IMG/VR virus record: IMGVR_UViG_3300044811_000054
Span: 1-64,000 of that record
Direction: 5' to 3' (one strand)
Origin: a virus
Length of the DNA: 64,000 nucleotides
Below the pieces are notes generated by a model. It made no database searches, had not been told where the DNA came from, and saw nothing but the letters and a program-made list of their open reading frames with translations. Positions 48,569 to 60,523 of this stretch are shown here, one piece after another (position 1 is the stretch's first letter; each line of letters begins with the position of its first letter). The position numbers and the translations under genes were made by a program.

Positions 48569-49113
48569 CAGCCGACCTTAGGGATACCCGGATACTCGCC
48601 CACCGGGATACCCCGATAGCCGGGTATCCCACCTCCGCTACAACCTCGACGGTTGCTTTTCGTCTGCGACACGCCACGCCCGCAGGCAGGCGGGTGAACT
48701 ACCGGCCGCGACGAGGTAGGCATCGCCTCGGATGGGGTCGGCGAGGATCTTCAGGGCTTCCGCGTCGCGGACGGAGCCGTCGTGATCCAGTGCCCGCTCG
48801 ACCAGTGTCTGCATGGCTGCGGCCGGGTCCGGGAGTTGCGGGTAGTGACTGTCACCGTCGATCATCCTGGGCTCCCTCGTTGGCGCTACAGGCCTGGGTC
48901 CGGGGCCAGATGTGGTCTTTCGCACCCCGTGTCGGGCGTATCCTGCTTCGCCCAACGTCGTGACGAGTTGCGCGTTACGGCCCGAAGGTCCCCCGATCAG
49001 GTTGGATGGTCGGCGCCGATGCGATGAAGTGCGTCTCCGCAGCCGATGCGGATCGTTGATGATCTCTCAATGTGGCTTGACGGACGGCAGTCAAGCGGTC
49101 GCTGAACGATCTC

Positions 49114-52100
49114 TCAGTCGTCACCGGAGAGCAGCGCGTCGGCGACACTGAACCCGTTGACGGTCACCCTTGGCGCTTCCCTCTCGGCCAGCGCCAGTGC
49201 TGTTGCCTCGTCGAAGCGATGCCCACTCAGCCAGTCGTCGTCACGCCCGGACGGGGACGGCTCGTAATCCCATTCGCCGTCCGTGCCGAGGCAGTAGCCC
49301 CTCTTGAGGACCGCCCACAGCCCGTCGCCACGGTAGGCGACCTTGACGGCGTAGTCCCAGAAGCTGACGTTGTCCTCGGGCAGGGCGCAGATCGTGTACT
49401 CGGTGATCACTGCTCGCCCTCCCATCGCTTGTCGTACACCTCGGCCGCCTCCACCTTGCTCAGCGGCACGTCGGACAGGACGATCGCGTACTCGTCGGAG
49501 CCGGTGTCGACCTGCGCCAGGTGGACGGTGCCGCCGGACAGGTCGGTGATGATCCGGGCGAGTCTGTCGAGGTTGGGCTGTTCGCGCCAGTCCCACGACA
49601 GGACTTCGGTGTGGGGTCGTGACGCGCTTCCTTTCACCCCATCGTCAGTCACGCTCAACACCCCTTCCGTTCAGTAGCACCCGGGCGCCCATCAGCATGT
49701 GCGGCGGCAACTGGGCGAGCAGCTTGCACGCCCCGCAATGCGCGGCGCAGTCGATGCCGGGCTGCGGGTGGCAGGTGTCGACGCTCGTCTCATGTTCCTG
49801 GTCGACGAACGCGACCAGTTCCAGCAGGACTGCATGGTCGACGGTGACCTTCATCGCACGACCTCCTCGCTGCCGTCCGGCCAGACGATCCGCGGCCGGA
49901 CCCTAATCGCACGGCCGTCGTGAACCTCGAGCCGCCAGAGGTCACCGGTCTCCTCGCCCTCACAGTCGAACCGGCCAGTCAGCGAGTGTGCCGGGCTGTA
50001 GGTGTCGATGAACCGTTGGACGTGCTCGACGATGTCGTAGCCGCGCATCTCGTCCTCGTACGCCGGGATGAGCGCGACTCCGGACCGGCGGATCACCTGA
50101 CCCTCATCGGTGTCCACGGCCACCTCCTCAACCCGGATCTTCACATCCAGCCGGTTGGTCTCGAACCGATCCGGCGAGAATTCGCTGTCCCGGATCTCGG
50201 TCCAGGTGAGCGGCGGATCGATGACGAGTTCGCCGTCGAAGCGGGTGATGTACCCCATCAGGCGACCCTTCCCAACTCGGCGATCGCGGCAAGGATCACC
50301 TTGTCGGCGTCTCGATATTCGAAGTCGTCGCTGACGTCGTCGTACTCGTCGAGGATGCCTGCGATCAGGCCCGCCCGGATGAGCGGGACGTAGATGTCGT
50401 ACTGCCAGCCGGAGTTGCCGAAGGGGAGCTTGCTGTTGAAGCCCGCCTCTTCGCGCCACAGCTCGGACAGCAACTTGATCAGGTAGTCGCGGATGGTCGC
50501 CGCGTCGGCGTCGTTGTCGGCAGGTAGCGGCAGGTCGAGGATCTGACGGGCGGTCTCAGGGTTGATGTCGGTCATCACTTCGCCCAGCCGATCCCGTGGA
50601 CCACCCACGCCGCACCCGACACGGTCGCCCGGTCGCTGTAGTCGACCTCGTCGTCCTCCGGGGCCACGTCGATGGTCGTGGTCGCCGAACCCTGCACGAC
50701 CGGGGTGATCCGCCAAACCCCGCTGGCGTCGATGCGGACCCGCAGGATGGTGCCATCGGAGAACGCGATCAGGTCACCGCCGTAGTCGCCGCCCTTGCCG
50801 AGGCCGGCGTAGTAGAACTCTTCGCTGATGTCGCCGTCGACCTCGATCAGGTCGTCGGACGCGCCGTAGACGGTGATGCTCACAGGTTCGGTGTCCCTTC
50901 CGTGCGGACTTCAGCACCGAGCGCCTTGGCCAGGTTGGTGGCGGTGTCGATGACCGCCTGCATCCCGGACCAGCCCTGCTCGTCGTGACTGGCCGACGCG
51001 ACCTCGGTGCCGTCGACCTCGATGGACACGACCTCATCGTCCAGCCAGTTGATCGTCACGGTGCTCATGCCGTGGCCACCGTCGACTCCGGAGCCAGCAC
51101 CAGCACCTCGTCGAACGACACGTACGCCGCACCCGTCACCGGGTCGGTCCGCTCGTGGCGCAGCAGTCCGTCGCAGGTGGCCGGCGCGACGATCTTCTCA
51201 GCCTCGGCCCGCAGGTACCGGCCCGCCTCCTCGATGACCTGGGTGTAGCCGGACTTGCCGGGCCGCCACCACATGGCGTGCTGGTTCGACCAGACCAGGA
51301 ACCTGCCGTCGCTGCTCATGCTGCCTCCTCGACCTTGTCCGTGCTGCCGATCTTCCACACGAACCCGGAACCTTCGTTGATCGCGTATGCCAGATCGAAT
51401 GCGGTGCTTGTCGCGCCGTCCTCGTTGGCTGCAGGGATGGTCATAGTGAAGGTGCGCCGCTGGGTTCCGGCGGACATGGTGAAGGTGACGTTCCAGTCGT
51501 GCAGGTCGTCAAGGGTGGTGGTCATGCGGTCTCCTTCGGTTCGGTGAGCAGTTGAACGAGATCCTGGATGACCTCGTCCGGGAGGTGGTGCCGGATCGTG
51601 TTGGCAATGGCTTCAGGATCCTGTCCGGTGATCGTGAACCGCGGTGGACGGATCCCGGCCTCGACCGCTGCGGCGTGGGCGGAGATCTCGCCTGCGACGA
51701 CACGCTGGTGCAGGTCGGGGCGTTCCTCCCGCAGGCGGCGCACGCCGCAGCGGTTGCTGGTCCCGCGATTGTCGGGCACGGTCAGTTCATGTGGCCGGCG
51801 CCGTAGGACATGCCGCAGCGGGCCTCCCACGATGCGCCGTCAGCCTCGGTCAGCTCCAGGTCGATCATGTTGCCGTTGGACGGGACGGCCTTGAACGTGA
51901 CGCCCCCTGTACTTGCCCTCGTGGATCGGCTGCTCGTAGCCGTCGTCGTCCTCGCCGGTCTTGAGCGGGGCGAGGTCCACGTCGACGACTTCGCCGTCGT
52001 CGGTCAGCTCGTAGAGGCTCGCGTAGTTCTTGTAGCCGACCAGCCGGATCGGGCCGTCGCCGAGGACGGCGTGCTGGGAGCTCTCGTGCCACGGCGGGTT

Positions 52101-52598
52101 GCCGTCGGGATACTTCTCGCGGTTCTTGAGGATGTTCAGGTAGATCCGCGACCCGCTCGGGGAGTCCTTCTCGTCGTCGTTGAAGACGGCCACGTCTTCC
52201 CGGTCGGTGCGCCGGACGCCGTCCTTGTGGACGAACGCGCCCCAGTTGCTGTAGGCCATCAGGCACCCTCTCTGGCCGGAGTCGTGTGGTACTCGACCCG
52301 GGTGACCGTGTGCGGGTAGAGGCGGGTCAGCTGCCGCTCGCGGTCGCCAGGAACGCGATCCCAGGGCAGGTCATCCTCCTGGTTTTCGGTCAAGCCAATC
52401 CCGTACTCCAGTCCGAACGTCTCACCTTCGGCGTTGCGAGCGACGAGCCAGTAGCGGTCGTGCCAGCGGGACTGCCGCGAGTAGTGGGCGTGCGACTCGA
52501 TATCGCCGACGAGGGTCCAACCACCCGCCGTCTCGCCGTCGGCACCTTCGCCGTCTGCGTACAACTCCGCGGCGGTAGCTGCGCTCATGGAAGGCATG
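49114..52598 (-). other. Operon of about 11 short hypothetical genes
   Basis: Coupled ORFs, e.g. 49851-50258, 50258-50575, 50575-50883, 50880-51068, 52259-52598. Confidence 0.7.
51782..52259 (-). pseudogene. Hypothetical gene with a 1-nt insertion in a G5 run near 51905
   Basis: Removing one G gives ...EGKYRGVTFKAVPSNGNMIDLELTEADGASWEARCGMSYGAGHMN*, abutting the next gene. Confidence 0.6.
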
Positions 52599-52706
52599 CA
52601 AACTCCTTTTGTGGGGGGTCCAGTTTCAGCCCAGTCTACCAAGCCGAGGCCCTTGATCGGGTTACCGAACCGGTGAATTGGGGTGCCCAGATGACAGACT
52701 GATCAG

Positions 52707-52925
52707 GTGGCCGACATGCACCGAACCGACAAGGCAACGTTCCGGCCACCCGCCGAGGTGAAGGACGCGGCCCGCAAGGTGCTCGACGAGGCCGAGGGAT
52801 GGACGCTCAACGACGTGCTCGTGGCCTGTCTCGTCCTGCTGGCCAAGCGGCCGAAGACGTTTCTGAAGCAGTTGGAGCCGTACAAACCGGCGTCCAAACG
52901 GGGCCGGCCGCCCAAGACCGACTGA
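52707..52925 (+). CDS. RHH-like regulator (counter-oriented, leaderless)
   Basis: KATFRPPAEVKDAA...LNDVLVACL...KRGRP; CAGACT 6 nt before the GTG. Confidence 0.7.
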   Translation: MADMHRTDKATFRPPAEVKDAARKVLDEAEGWTLNDVLVACLVLLAKRPKTFLKQLEPYKPASKRGRPPKTD

Positions 52926-52977
52926 GCAACGATGTGCACGCGTCCGCACACATCCCGGCCGTTGTAGGCGAGCGTGC

Positions 52978-53352
52978 TTATTCGCAGGCCACGCCGTCAC
53001 CGTCGCGGTCCAGCTTGCGGGAGTAGCCCGGATCGCCGCGGTGGATCGGGGCGGCACCCGCAGCACGCACCGCCGTGCAGTTGGCGTAGAACGCGGATGC
53101 AGGTTCCGGGCCGGCCGTCCTCGTCGCCCTCGGCTTCGGCTTCGGAGTTGCCTTCGGTTTGGGCTTGGGTGTCGCCGTGGTCGGGGCAGTCGTCGGTGTG
53201 GCTGACGGGACCGCGGAGGGAAGGTCCACCTGCGACGCCGTGACAACAGGCTGCACGACGGGCTCCTCGTAGTCGGCGGCCCGGTTCGGCTTGGAACAGC
53301 CGGCCAGCAGCACAAGAGCGGCAGCGACGAGGGCGACGCGGTGGAGGGGCAT
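52978..53352 (-). CDS. Excalibur Ca-binding domain lipoprotein
   Basis: LAGC lipobox; YANCTAVRAAGAAPIHRGDPGYSRKLDRDGDGVACE. Confidence 0.9.
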   Translation of the reverse strand: MPLHRVALVAAALVLLAGCSKPNRAADYEEPVVQPVVTASQVDLPSAVPSATPTTAPTTATPKPKPKATPKPKPRATRTAGPEPASAFYANCTAVRAAGAAPIHRGDPGYSRKLDRDGDGVACE

Positions 53353-53632
53353 CCGGTCATTGTCCCGTCGCGCACGGTGGGGCACATCGCTCATTCAGTC
53401 GGCGCCGGCAACACGAAGTCGCTCGAGGGGATCCGTGTCACCCGATACCCGACCGCGGCCAGTCCGTCCAGGAACGAGCCGACCCCATGGTGGCTGGAGA
53501 ACACGCCGTGCTGCTCGGCCAGCCACCCGTCGAGCACATCCGCGACGTCGCCCGGCATGTCACCGAGCGAGCCTTCCCGCAGTTCGGAGCGGGGCAGGTC
53601 GTCCAGGTCGGGTTCGAAGTCCTCGGGGTTGA

Positions 53633-54097
53633 TCACCTCGGACGCCAATCCTCCTGGTAGCCGAGCTTGTCGGCGTACGGCAGGGCGAGAAATCGAGCCA
53701 CGCGGTGGAGCCGCGCAAGGGCTGGCGAGACATCGGTCGGCCGGTATCCGGAGCGTTCCAGTTGATCGCGCTCCTTGCCCACCTCGTCCAGGATCCGCCG
53801 CTTGGCGTCCACCTCGGCCCGCTCGGTGGCTACCTTGGCCAGCACGCGGGCCGGATCCCAACGGATGATGTGATCGCTTTCGCGCGCCCAGGTGTGCTTG
53901 ACGATGGGAATTCCCTTGGTGTCCCAGATCTCGGAAGTGCCCTCCGGCCGGACCCATCGAGGTGCAGGCTCGCCGTTGATGACATCGGCCATAGCGTTGA
54001 CGCCCAGCACCAGCCGAGCGACCTCGTAGTCCTCGTCCAGCTCCCGCTCGCGGGCGTCCAGTTGGGCGCGCAGGAAAGCGATCAGGTCATCCATCAT
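53633..54097 (-). CDS. DUF6221-like protein
   Basis: DDLIAFLRAQLD...HI.RWDPARVL...EVDAKRRIL...LALPYAD..GY.EDWRP. Confidence 0.8.
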   Translation of the reverse strand: MMDDLIAFLRAQLDARERELDEDYEVARLVLGVNAMADVINGEPAPRWVRPEGTSEIWDTKGIPIVKHTWARESDHIIRWDPARVLAKVATERAEVDAKRRILDEVGKERDQLERSGYRPTDVSPALARLHRVARFLALPYADKLGYQEDWRPR

Positions 54098-55650
54098 CAG
54101 TTGATCTCTCCCTCATGTCGCGGGCACGGGCACACGACGGCGTAGCAATGGTTGTGCAGTGTGTGGCATTGGCACGGCTGGCTGTCGATGCGGTGCCGGG
54201 CGATCGAATGCGGGTAGTCGCGTCCGTGCCGGATAGGGAAGCGACGGATGAGGCCCAGCGACCGGGCGTCGATCACGTTGCATTCGCCGTCGTCTCGTCG
54301 TGTGTGTCGCAGTAGACATCGCCACAATGAGCAGGGTCGCCGCAGGCCACGCACGAGCTGAGACGCCCTCCGCATTTCCTGCAGGTCCAACGGCCATCCC
54401 CGGGCACGAGCCCGGCAGTCTCCAACGCCACCCCGTACGCCTCCCTGAGCGCGTCGTAGCGCGGATCGGTGGGGTCGGTGGCCCGGACGAGGCTGGCGAG
54501 CGCACCGGCCACGTCAGCGGCCCGCCCGGCGGACTGGTGCTCCACCTGGGCGGCGACGTGCGCCTGGATCTTACGGACCTGTTCCGCCGGCATCGGGTAC
54601 AGCTGCCACGGCTCGGGTAGATCGGTCACCGTTCCACCTCCTGCCAGTCCTCGACCACGATCACGGTCCGGCGGTACACCTTCCCGCCGAAACGCTGCTG
54701 GTCCGGACATCAGGATCGCGTGCTCCGTCAGCGTTTCAGGATTAGTCATCGGATCTCCTTGGCTAACTCAACGCCAGCGCTCATCGGGCGCTGTCCGGCA
54801 GTTGGTGCTCGTGAATCGTTCCGTACGGGACTTCCGGGTCGGGCTCGGCCGAAACGAGCCTGCCGCCGCGACGGACGACTTTGACGCCGTGCTCGCCGCC
54901 CGTGAGTGCACGCTCCAAGGCCTGCTCGATGACGGCGTACTCCCGGCCGACGACGGCCGCAATGAACCTGTCGATCTCACTCATGCCGGTCACCGTGTTG
55001 GCCTCTCCCGGTTGAGCCGTGCCTCGACGACCGGCGGCGGACCGGTCCGCTCGGTGACGGTGAACGCGGACGGGAACGGTTCGTCGGACGCCTCCCCGTC
55101 GATGACCGCGCCCAGGCCGCACTTCTCTCGCAGCCGCGCGTAGTCGTCAGCCGACAGCAACGGCTCGTACTTCTCCCGCAGTAGCCGCTCGGTCTGGTTG
55201 TCGTCGAACCAGTCTGGGAGTGGAGTGGTCACCGGGCACCCTCGGGTCTTTCGGTCATGACGTCCTCGGCCGGCCAGTTCACTGGGTGCTCGAGAACGTC
55301 CCGGTCCCAGCCCAGAACGGGCACGGCCAGCCACGGGTGGCGGCCGATGCTGTAGGTCACCGGCCCGGCCGCCGTGGTCTCCCACCATGTGTCGTATGCC
55401 GTGCGGCACCAAACTCGCTGTCCCGCCGTTGTCGCGACTTGCTTGGTGGTCACCAGTCCTCCTCTCCGCCAATCACGTTGAGGTTCAGCCCGGCGACCTC
55501 GGACTGCTCGGCGAGGTCGCGGACAGCCCGGGCGAACTTGTGCCACGCCGTCTCATCCAGCGTGTCCTGCTCGCTGTTATGGTTCGACAGGCTCGCTCGT
55601 ACTGTCAGGACCTCTTGCGTCCATCCCATCGGATTCTCCTTCGTGGTGGG

Positions 55651-55971
55651 TCATCGTCCGTACGCACACGGTCGGAAGTGGCAGTCGGCCTCGGTGATCC
55701 GCAGCATCGGCCGGCCCCGCTTGAAGAACGCGACCAGGTGCCCGGTGGTCTCGGCGATCTTCTCCAACTCGTACGGCTTCGGGACGTTGACGCCGCACTC
55801 CCAGTGGACGACCTGCAGCGGTGTGACACCGATCCGGTGGCCCAGGTCGCCACGGCTCATCCCGGCCAGGTGACGGGCCTGCTCCAGCCGTGCGGGCTCG
55901 AAGTCGGCGCAGACCTCGGCTGTGGACGGGGAGGGCGGCAGCGGGGCTCTCAGAGGGCGTAGGCGGGTCAT
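55651..55971 (-). CDS. XRE HTH protein
   Basis: FEPARLEQARHLAGMSRGDLG...WECG...P. Confidence 0.7.
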   Translation of the reverse strand: MTRLRPLRAPLPPSPSTAEVCADFEPARLEQARHLAGMSRGDLGHRIGVTPLQVVHWECGVNVPKPYELEKIAETTGHLVAFFKRGRPMLRITEADCHFRPCAYGR

Positions 55972-58900
55972 GACGTCTCCGTGCAGGGGCAGAGACTCTC
56001 GCCGTTCGAGTCACGTGGGCACTCCGAACGCTCGCCGCGGATGCAGCCCAGCCGGGAGCAGCACGAGCAGCAGTCGCATCCCTCGTACTCGTAGCGGTTG
56101 TAGTCGTCGGTCGATGACTGCCGGTCAGTCCCCACCTCGGTCAAGGCGAACACCCGGAAGATGACCGGAACGCCCGCCGACTCGGCGTCTCGGTTGTGCC
56201 GCTCGGCCGACCCGATGGCAGCGCCCTTGTCGTCGAAGAGCTGCGTTGTGGTGCCGTCGAGTCCAGGGTCACTTTCCTCGATCACGGCGAACAGGTCGGT
56301 AGTCACGGCCGTTCCTCCGCCCAGCACATCGACCAGCCCGACAGCAGGGACTCGTCCGGCGCCACCAGCAGCACCCGTCGGCAGTCGGTCGGGGCTCGGT
56401 CGCACGCCTCCAGGTACGACTCGTCCTCGAACCACGTCATGGCGACGTCGCCCTTCTCGCCATCGAAGCCGAGCAGGCGGAGACGTTCGCGTACCTCGGG
56501 GTTGCGCAGGGCCCGGGCGAAGTCGAACGCGAGGCCGCGGCGGTTGGCCTGGCTGAGGTCGTCGGTCATCGGCCCTGCTCCTCGGTGAGGTCTTCGTGTG
56601 TGCCATCCGCCATCCGTCGGGTCTCGCACGGCCAGCGGTCGCCGCACTCGATGCAGAAGTCGCCCGCCATGCCGCCCTCGGCGGTCTCACGTGCGTGCCA
56701 AGAGGCGATCCGGTCGAGGCGGTCCGCGAGCTGACCGATCAGGATGACGGCTTGCCAGGTGCGGGCGTCGAGGTCGCTGGCGTACACCCGGTCGTCGAGG
56801 CGTTGCGGAATGCCGGCAAGGTCGAGCAGGTGGTGAGCGGTGCGGGCCTGGGTGAACACCTCGCCGAGCCACGCCGAGGGGGTCTCACGGAGTTGCTTCT
56901 CGAAGTCGGCGGCGATGTTCAGCAGCGGGTGTGGCTTCTCGGCGAGGCGAGTCAGTAGCGCGTAGTTGATCTCAGTCTTAATCTCGGCCATCATCGGATC
57001 CCCTCGGTCATCTCGTCGGTCCTGCGCCACGACGGCAGCCACGCGGTCATCGCCCCACGTCCCCGTCGACCAGCCGGGCCACACCGTCCAGGTCGGATGC
57101 CTGCTGCTCCAGCACCGCACGCTGATCGTCCGGGGCGTTCACGGCGTACTCGCGGCGTCCAGCAGCGGCCTGCTCGAGCAGGGTCGTCAGGTTGTGGCGG
57201 TAGGCGGACAGGACCGCACCCACACCCGCGCCGTGGCCGAGGTCGTGGGAACGCATCCAGGCGGTGAGGGAAGCGTGGTCGGAGGTGGGGAGGGTGGTCA
57301 CCGCGGAGCCTCCGCCCGGCGGTACAGCATCTCCATGCACGCCCACAGCCCCTCCTCGCCGTCCTCGGCCAGGGAGTCGCGGCAATCTGCCGCGTAGTCG
57401 TAGGCGACCACCCAGGGCGGTAGGTCGCCATCGGCGGAGAGTTGCGCGAAGGCCGCCTCGAAGCTGAGCGCGCCGGACGGGCCATCCACGGTGTAGACGG
57501 GGCGGCTCTCGCCCGTCTTGGTGCGGGTCAGCGCGCTCACCGCTCATCCTTCGCGCACGGGCAGCCGCTACCGGACCCCGGGCAGTCTGCCCAGCAGTCG
57601 ACCTTGGTGCAGCACTGACAGTCCGGGCAGGGTTCGGGCGGTAGGTCATCCCGGGCCTGCTGCTCGTAGCGGGCTTCACCGTCGTCGTCGCGGTCAATCA
57701 GGCTCACAGGACCTCCTCCATGGAGTTTCCTTCGATTTCGGCCCGGACGCCCTCCCGGAGAACCTTCGCACCTCGGTACTCGTCGAGCCGTCGTTCGATC
57801 CCGTCGAGTCGCCGCTTGATCTCGTCCAGGTAGGCGTCGGAGTCGTCCGACGACGCGCCCGAGCCGCCGTAGTTGCACTCGATGCCATAGGCATCGATCA
57901 GCTCAATCAGCGTCATGGTGTGCGGATCAGTAGTCATCGCCGGGTCTCGCTCTCAAGAATCTGCGGCGGGGTCAGCCCGCCCCACTGGTCCAGCTCGTAG
58001 CCCTCGGCGGTCAGCTTCGGGCCGTCCGTCAGGTCGTACTCGGCGGACTCCGACCAGCCGCAGTAGCAGCCCCACGGGCCGTGGACGACGCCGACACCGA
58101 CGTCGGCTGAGTCGCGCCAGCAGTCACGGCCGCAGCGTGGGCAGGTCATGTTGTCGGTCATCGCAACCTCTCGCCTTCATCCAGAACGATCGAGCCGATC
58201 AGGTCGGCCAACTCAGACGTGATCTCGGTGAACACGTCGCCAGCGCAGGCCACGAACCGGCCCTGCACGGTGTCGATGGTGCACATACCTTCGCCGTCCG
58301 GGTCGCTTACCGCGGTCACGTCGAGGTACCAGGGTTCTTCACACCACTCGATGGTCATGCCGGGGCGCAGATCGCGATGGATCAGGGTGATGTCGTCGCT
58401 CACCGCACGGCCCGCGCGATCTCGGGCACCTCGGCGCACAAGGCGTGGGCGATCTGCTCGGCGAGGAATTCGGCCTGCGCGAGACGCCCGTCCGCGGTCG
58501 TGTTGTCCTCGATCTCGCGTTGGATGGTGTCGGCGAGCCGCATGTGCAGGCCCGGATCGGCGGCGGTCAAGGCCACTATTGCGGCCCCAACTTCGTCGTG
58601 GCGCCGGTCCACGGTCTTACGCCACCGCGCTGCTTGCTCGTCGTCGCGGTACAGGGCGGTCTCGTACTTGTGGAGGGTGGCGGTGTCCTCGGCGTAGTGC
58701 GCGATCCACCGCATGAGCGTGTCGATGCTGGGTGTGGTCATGACGTTCCCCTCAAGGTCAGCGGAAAATCCAGGTCATCAGGCCGGTGAGCGCGGCACCC
58801 GCCGCCACGCCGTAGCAGAGCATCGCCCAGCGACCCATCCTCGCGTCGGTGCGCTCGAACGCGGCGTCCTCGGCGGTGACAGCCCGGCCGGCCGTGTAGC

Positions 58901-60337
58901 CGATCTGCAGCAGGTGCCGGACCTGGATGTCGTCGATCGGGTCGGTGCGGTGCCGGGACTGGGCGAGGATCGCGTGGGCGACGTCGCGGTCATGGCCGGG
59001 GGTGGTGAAGTAGTCGACGTCGTCGGTGATGGTCATGGGGGTCTCCTTCAAGGTCAGCGCGGGTTGGTGATCAGGCCGTGACTGCTGTGCCGATGGCGAT
59101 CAGGCAGCGGGCCACGGCATCCTCAGGCTTCGCGTCGGCCACCGAGACAACTGCCGAGCTGACGGATGTCCCAGCGACCCACGTTCCGTCCGTAGTTCGG
59201 TCAGCGAGATCGGCAACGGGGCCCTACGCATCAGGTAGCCCAGGTCGTAGGCAGGGATCGAGACCACCTCGACGATGCCTCCGCCGACCGTGTCAGTGGT
59301 CTCGGACAGTTCGCAGTAGTCCTCGGGTTCGCCGTTGCGGGCGTGGCGTGCGTTGCCGCGGCTGTAGCCGGACACGACGAAAGCCCGGCGGACGCCGATG
59401 TTCCACTTCAGGTGGGTGCCGTCCCAGCCGGTCGCCTCGTGCAGTTCGCGGCAGACGTCGGGGGTGGCGGTGTGGCAATTGTTCAGGAACGAACCGAACA
59501 TGTGGGGCTCCTTCGGGGTCAAGCGGGGTTGGTGATCAGCTGGCAGCGATCGTCTCGGTGAGCTTGGTGAAGTCGCCCCGACCGACGTAGCGGCCCCCCT
59601 TCAGCCCGCCGCCGACGTAGCCATGGAAGTCGTTCCTGCTTGTCTCGACCCGGCCGATCACCTCTCCGGCGCGGAGCACGTAGGCGGTGGGTAGCCCTAC
59701 AACCTCAGTAATGAGGAGGGTGCAGCCGGGCGGGGTGGTGTCGTCGACGCCCTGCCAGTGGATGGGCAAGCCGTTCAGGATGGTCGGGATGCTGGTGGTC
59801 ATCGGTGGTCCTTTCAAGGTCAGGGCGTATCGAGGTCGCTGCCGTCTGCGATTCGGTTCAGCGCATGGTTCATCTGGTTCCACTCGATCGACTTCGCGGT
59901 CAGCCGGACCCGCAGTTGTGTCACTTCGAAGTCGCGTTGCAGCCACTCGCACACGGCGGCGAGATCGTCGTTGCACGCCCAGGAGGTAGCCATGTCACCG
60001 ATGCGAGAGATTGTCCAGATCGGGTCGGCGTTGCAGGCGCGACAGGCGTTGGACAGGCCCGCACCGCCTTGGCGGTCGATGTGGCTCATCGGTGCACCTT
60101 CACAAAGATGGTGCGCCTGCCGAAGCAGAGTCCGATTTCCCACCTTGAGCCGTCGCGCTCGATGTGGACCGGGGTGACATGGATCTGCCAGAAGCGCATC
60201 GGGAATCCCCGGTGCTTCACGTGGTTGCGAGAGCCGAGCGGCTGGACGTGGCCGGTATAGAGCGCGGCCCAGTGCCAGGGCTTCTCGCCGCGCCACAGGG
60301 CGCGTAGGTGTTTGGTGCTGTCGGCGGTCGTGCTCAC
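55968..60337 (-). other. Array of short hypothetical genes
   Basis: Coupled ORFs, e.g. 56303-56569, 56566-56995, 57298-57540, 57704-57937, 57934-58161, 58400-58741, 58758-59037, 59536-59802, 60086-60337. Confidence 0.65.
59071..59501 (-). pseudogene. Hypothetical gene with a 1-nt deletion near 59200
   Basis: The alternative frame gives the more protein-like ending DGTWVAG...ADAKPEDAVARCLIAIG, stopping at the junction repeat. Confidence 0.5.
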
Positions 60338-60359
60338 GTGGATCTCCTTCTTCCCTACG

Positions 60360-60505
60360 GGGTGTCAGAACTTCTGACACCCGATCTGACATGCGCTCTG
60401 GAGACTGATTTCGAATAGAAGAGTCAGTTAAGTCAGAAAGACTGACTCTGAGTGACTGCGAGCTACATTCCGTCACCGTTTCTGACTGATCTGACATCTG
60501 ACAGG
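60360..60505. repeat. Candidate origin: CTGAC/GTCAG repeats around an AT-richer core
   Basis: About nine CTGAC/GTCAG copies in both orientations just downstream of the helicase gene. Confidence 0.6.
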
Positions 60506-60523
60506 GCTGGGCAGGGTGTCGGA

